Source of the DNA: an uncultured Gemmatimonadaceae bacterium
GTDB lineage: Bacteria > Gemmatimonadota > Gemmatimonadetes > Gemmatimonadales > Gemmatimonadaceae
DNA: 64,000 bases
Reading direction: 5' to 3'
Assembly (NCBI GenBank): GCA_963740355.1
Contig: CAVUDW010000003.1
Span: 768,001 to 832,000, forward strand
The position numbers and the translations under genes are program-made. The notes below the pieces were generated by a model that was given only the letters and a program-made list of their open reading frames with translations, was not told where the DNA came from and searched no databases. The stretch's first letter is position 1. Each line of letters begins with the position of its first letter. Shown here one piece after another: positions 60,395-64,000 of this stretch.

Positions 60395-61165
60395 CTACCA
60401 GGTTGGTCGAGTACTGATGCCGCCGTCGACGAGGATGTCGGCGCCGGTGATCCAGCGTGCAGCGGACGACGCGAGGAAGAGCACGGCATCGGCGACGTCC
60501 TCGGGCTGGCCGAGACGCTCCAGTGGCGCGGCGCTCGTCCATCGGGCGACGCCAGGGGGCCAGTCCTCGGCGAGGCCGGGGCGATCGATGAGGCCCGGCG
60601 AGACCGAGTTCACGCGAATGCCGTGTTGGCCGTACTCCAGTGCGGCGGCGCGCGTGAACATCAACTGGCCCGCCTTCGATGTCGCGTAGTGCCCGTGGCC
60701 TGACGCCGGCGAGTGCCCTTCGATCGAGACGATGTTGACGATCGCGCCCGTCACGCCGCGCGCAATCATTGCGGCCGCGGCGATCCGCGTGGTGAGGAAG
60801 ATGCCCGTGATGTTGGTGGCCAGCATCGCCTGAAACGCTGACAGTGGCATGTCGGCCAGGCTCTGCACGCCTTGATCGGCAGCGTTGTTGACGACGATGT
60901 CCACCGGGCCGAGCGTGTTCGCTATGGAGGCGAACATCGCTTCGCAGTCCGCCTCGCTGGCGATGTCGGCCCCGATGCTCATCGCGAGGCCGCCGGTGGC
61001 AGCAATCCGTTCCACCGTGGCCGCGGCTGAATCGGCATTGCTGTTGTAGTGCACTGCCACCTTCGCGCCGGCCTCGCTCATGCGCTGCGCGATGACACGA
61101 CCAATCCCGCCGGACGCCCCCGTCACCAAAACCACCTTGCCCGTGAGGTCGAGCAGGTCTTTCAC
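60395..61165 (-). CDS. Short-chain dehydrogenase/reductase (FabG-like)
   Basis: TGASGGIG, VNNA, S..YATSK, IRVN.VSPG, ITG..I.VDGG. Confidence 0.93.
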   Translation of the reverse strand: MKDLLDLTGKVVLVTGASGGIGRVIAQRMSEAGAKVAVHYNSNADSAAATVERIAATGGLAMSIGADIASEADCEAMFASIANTLGPVDIVVNNAADQGVQSLADMPLSAFQAMLATNITGIFLTTRIAAAAMIARGVTGAIVNIVSIEGHSPASGHGHYATSKAGQLMFTRAAALEYGQHGIRVNSVSPGLIDRPGLAEDWPPGVARWTSAAPLERLGQPEDVADAVLFLASSAARWITGADILVDGGISTRPTW

Positions 61166-61209
61166 CTTCGGAATGTGCAGTCATCGCGATCGTCGATATC
61201 GGCGGTGGG

Positions 61210-63455
61210 CTACTTGCCCGGATGGTACGTCCGCTCGGTATGTCCCTCGAGCTGCGAACGATAGAAGTACACATCGCGCAGGTCACCCGCGGCGTAGCGC
61301 GCGGCCTGATCGTTGAAGTGCTTCGAACCAGGATTGCCATTCACGCCACCGGCGGTGACCGCCTTGGCACGCACGCTGTCGCCAAACTCCACCACCGCCA
61401 CGAAGCTGTTGCCGTTCGTACCGTACCACTTCTTGGTGCCCGTGATACGGCCGCGCGCCGAACGAGGCGAGCGAGCCCCAGCGGGACGATGTGAATGGCA
61501 CCGCGATGCTTGGCGCCACGTCGCTGAACGGCTGCACGATGTCACCCGTGCGACGCTGGAAGCGATTGATGTCGCCCCAGAACGTCTTCCAGCTGCCGAA
61601 GTTGGCGACGAGTGTATCTGATGCGGCAGCCAGCGCCTGCAGCTTGGCGGCCGGTGTGGTCTTCTTCGCCATGTAGTCGTACACCGACATGTCTTCGCTT
61701 TCTGCATCGGCGCGGGACAGGCGCCACATCTCCTCGCCCCAGAACACGGCCAGCGTGGTTGCCACCGAGTTTTCGGCCCATCGATAGTCCCAGGTGCGCA
61801 ACTGCGAGACCTGCTCGCCCAACTTGGCACGGAGAGGGTCGGTCATTGCGATGTTGTCGTACGCCTTGACCAGCGTCGGGATCAGGTCGGCAAAGGCCGG
61901 CAGGTAGCTGTCGTAGGCCGCATCACGGAGCGTCTCGAGCGTGAAGTCCTTGCGGGCGCTGAGCACGCGCATGGCGTGGATGCCGCGCGGATTCTCCGGA
62001 TAGGTCTCCATGTACTTCGGATAGTGCGGACTGCTTCGGGCTGGCCGCGCCTGCAACCGAGAACGGCCAGTTGTTCGTGTTCTGGATCCAGCCCGTCGAC
62101 GGATTCAGCACGTTCGGGCTGGCGTCGAGCGAGGTGATGCCGCGATACGTGGTTGCCGTGTCGCTGCCATCAACCGGCTTGTTCCAGTCGAACTTCGGGT
62201 TGCGAATCGGGACATGGTTGGCGTGGAAGTACGCGATGTTCCCTTCCGCGTCGGCAAAGATCGTGTTGTTCGACGAGTTCGTGTGCAACTCCATCGTGGC
62301 GCGGAACTCCTTGTAGTTCTTCGCCTTGGTGCGCGTCCAGGACTGCGTGAGGGCCTTCACCGGTTCCTGCATCAGCGCGACGCTGATCCACTTGCCGTCG
62401 GCCTGTCGCACCACCGGCCCATGTTCGGTGCGGTAGACGATGAAGTCACGCGTCGTCATGCCTGACTGGCCCTTGTACGCCACCGTGATCTTCGTGGCCT
62501 TGACCGGGACTTCCTTGCCAGCCACGACATAGGCGTAGCCATTGCCACTCTTCCGCACTTCCTCGGCATACTCGTCGATCACGTCGGCGCCGCTGGAGGT
62601 GTGCATCCAGCCCGCCTTGTCGTTGAAGCCCTGGTAGATGAAGAACTGTCCCCAGGTCGCGGCACCGTACGCGTTCAATCCCTCTTCGCTCACCATCTGC
62701 GCTTCTTCGCGGAAGAAGAACGAGGTGTGCGGATTGATCAGCAGCAGGGCGTGCTTGTTGGCGGTGTTCTGCGGTGCGACGGCGAATCCGTTCGAACCCG
62801 TCGGCTCCTTGGCTGGCGAGAAGCGTTCGGCGCGGAGCGGACTCTCGCCCACGGGAATCTGGCCGCCGATCGCCGGCGGCAGGTCGTAGAACGCCTGCAG
62901 CTCCTTCAACGAGACATCCTCGATGTCGCCGCCGATGCTCCCTTCGCTGAAGGTCAGTGCCATCCACGGCTCGAACTTCGTGAGCACCTTCGCCTTCGTT
63001 TCCGGGTGCATGTGCAGGTAGTAGTTCAGGCCATCGGCCCACGCCGTCGCCAGTGTCTGGAGCCACGGCGGGCTGGCAGCGAACTGCTTCTGCATCTCCA
63101 CCGGATCGATGAAGAGCTTCATGCGCAGGTCGCGCCAGATGGCGGCCTCGCCCTCGGCCTCGGCCAGTCGGCCCATCGCATTGAGGTAGTTGACCTCGAT
63201 GCGATTGAAGTCATCCTCGGCCTGCGCGTAGATCATGCCGAAGACCGCATCGGCGTCGGTCTTGCCGTAGATGTGCGGAATGCCCCAGTCGTCGCGGATG
63301 ATCGTGACACGCGCAGCCTGCTGCTCCCACCGGGCGACATCCGCACCGGCTGTCGTGGTATCGCTGCCGGCATTGCCGCCTGAGGCGGCCGGTTTGCCGG
63401 AGCAGCCGGCAGCCAGCAACAGGACGAGCGTGGGGAGCACCAGGGACGTTCGCAT
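61210..63455 (-). pseudogene. Penicillin acylase/AHL acylase family Ntn-hydrolase lipoprotein, split by two +1 frameshifts (possibly sequencing errors)
   Basis: AAGC lipobox; RDDWGIPHI, YAQAED, GSNGFA nucleophile, NPH; homology continues across three frames with breaks near 62026 and 61443. Confidence 0.85.
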
Positions 63456-63602
63456 ACAGGCCTCGGAAAGATCAGGCAAAAAGATCGGGGGAATACCAGC
63501 GATGATGCTCGCCCAACGGCCGCCGTTCTGCAACCGGTGGCGCCAGAGGGCACGGCACGGCACGTTTCGACCAGCGAGACTCACCATCAGCCCCCGCAAT
63601 CG

Positions 63603-64000
63603 ATGCAGCGTTCCACGTTCGCGTTCCGCCGCCACCGTCGTTCCGGCCTTGCCGCCGCGATTCTAGCGCTTGGTCTTGCCAGCGCCGCGCCAGCTGGCGC
63701 GCAAATTCCGCAGGCGGAGTACGGCGCGCGGCGCGACTCGCTGGCGGCCAAGCTTGGCGACGGTGTCCTGGTCGCATTCGGCGGCCGTACGCCGGTCTCC
63801 GACTTCGGGCCGTTCTTCCAGCTCGCCGACTTCCGGTACCTGACGAACTACAACGAGCCGGATGCAGCGCTGGTGATGGTGATCAAGGGCGGCAAGGCCC
63901 GATCGACGCTCTTCATCACGCCCGCTGGCGCCCGACAGGCGTTCTACTACGGCAAGCGACCTGACTCGCTCACCGTGGAGCAGACGCTGGGTATGCATGC
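63603..64000 (+). CDS. Xaa-Pro aminopeptidase (aminopeptidase P) N-terminal part, secreted; runs off window edge
   Basis: Manual translation: signal peptide, then EYGARRDSL..F.Q..DFRYLTNYNEPDAALV...LF. Confidence 0.8.
   Translation, partial: MQRSTFAFRRHRRSGLAAAILALGLASAAPAGAQIPQAEYGARRDSLAAKLGDGVLVAFGGRTPVSDFGPFFQLADFRYLTNYNEPDAALVMVIKGGKARSTLFITPAGARQAFYYGKRPDSLTVEQTLGMH

Overview
GC-rich (roughly 65% by eye) bacterial chromosomal window with about 53 densely packed CDS. The gene content (SusC/SusD pair, carboxypeptidase-regulatory/plug proteins, many signal-peptide peptidases and amidases, a PEP-CTERM protein) suggests Gemmatimonadota, but this is an inference. No rRNA, tRNA, CRISPR array, integrase or transposase was seen. 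Recognisable loci: a divergent katG-oxyR pair with a clear OxyR box, VapBC and HicAB toxin-antitoxin pairs, two TonB-dependent receptors, two c-di-GMP enzymes, icd, rsmD, speB, a P450 and a penicillin-acylase-family gene. Best leads: (1) a four-gene operon (membrane protein, wHTH regulator, extra uppS, DUF4153) with a repeated ACTTTG-N5-YAAAG palindrome, one copy lying over the uppS start codon; (2) a GIY-YIG/DUF2239/SnoaL operon whose near-consensus sigma70 promoter carries two TAyCCGGrTA palindromes, suggesting DUF2239 is an autorepressor; (3) an orphan ORF with a CNF1/CheD-like deamidase Cys-His motif; (4) three long intergenic hairpin elements within 4 kb; (5) leaderless promoters and a 9-codon uORF coupled to rsmD. 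Three single-base frameshifts (P450 tail, two in the acylase) may be assembly errors. Family calls come from motif recognition, not database searches.
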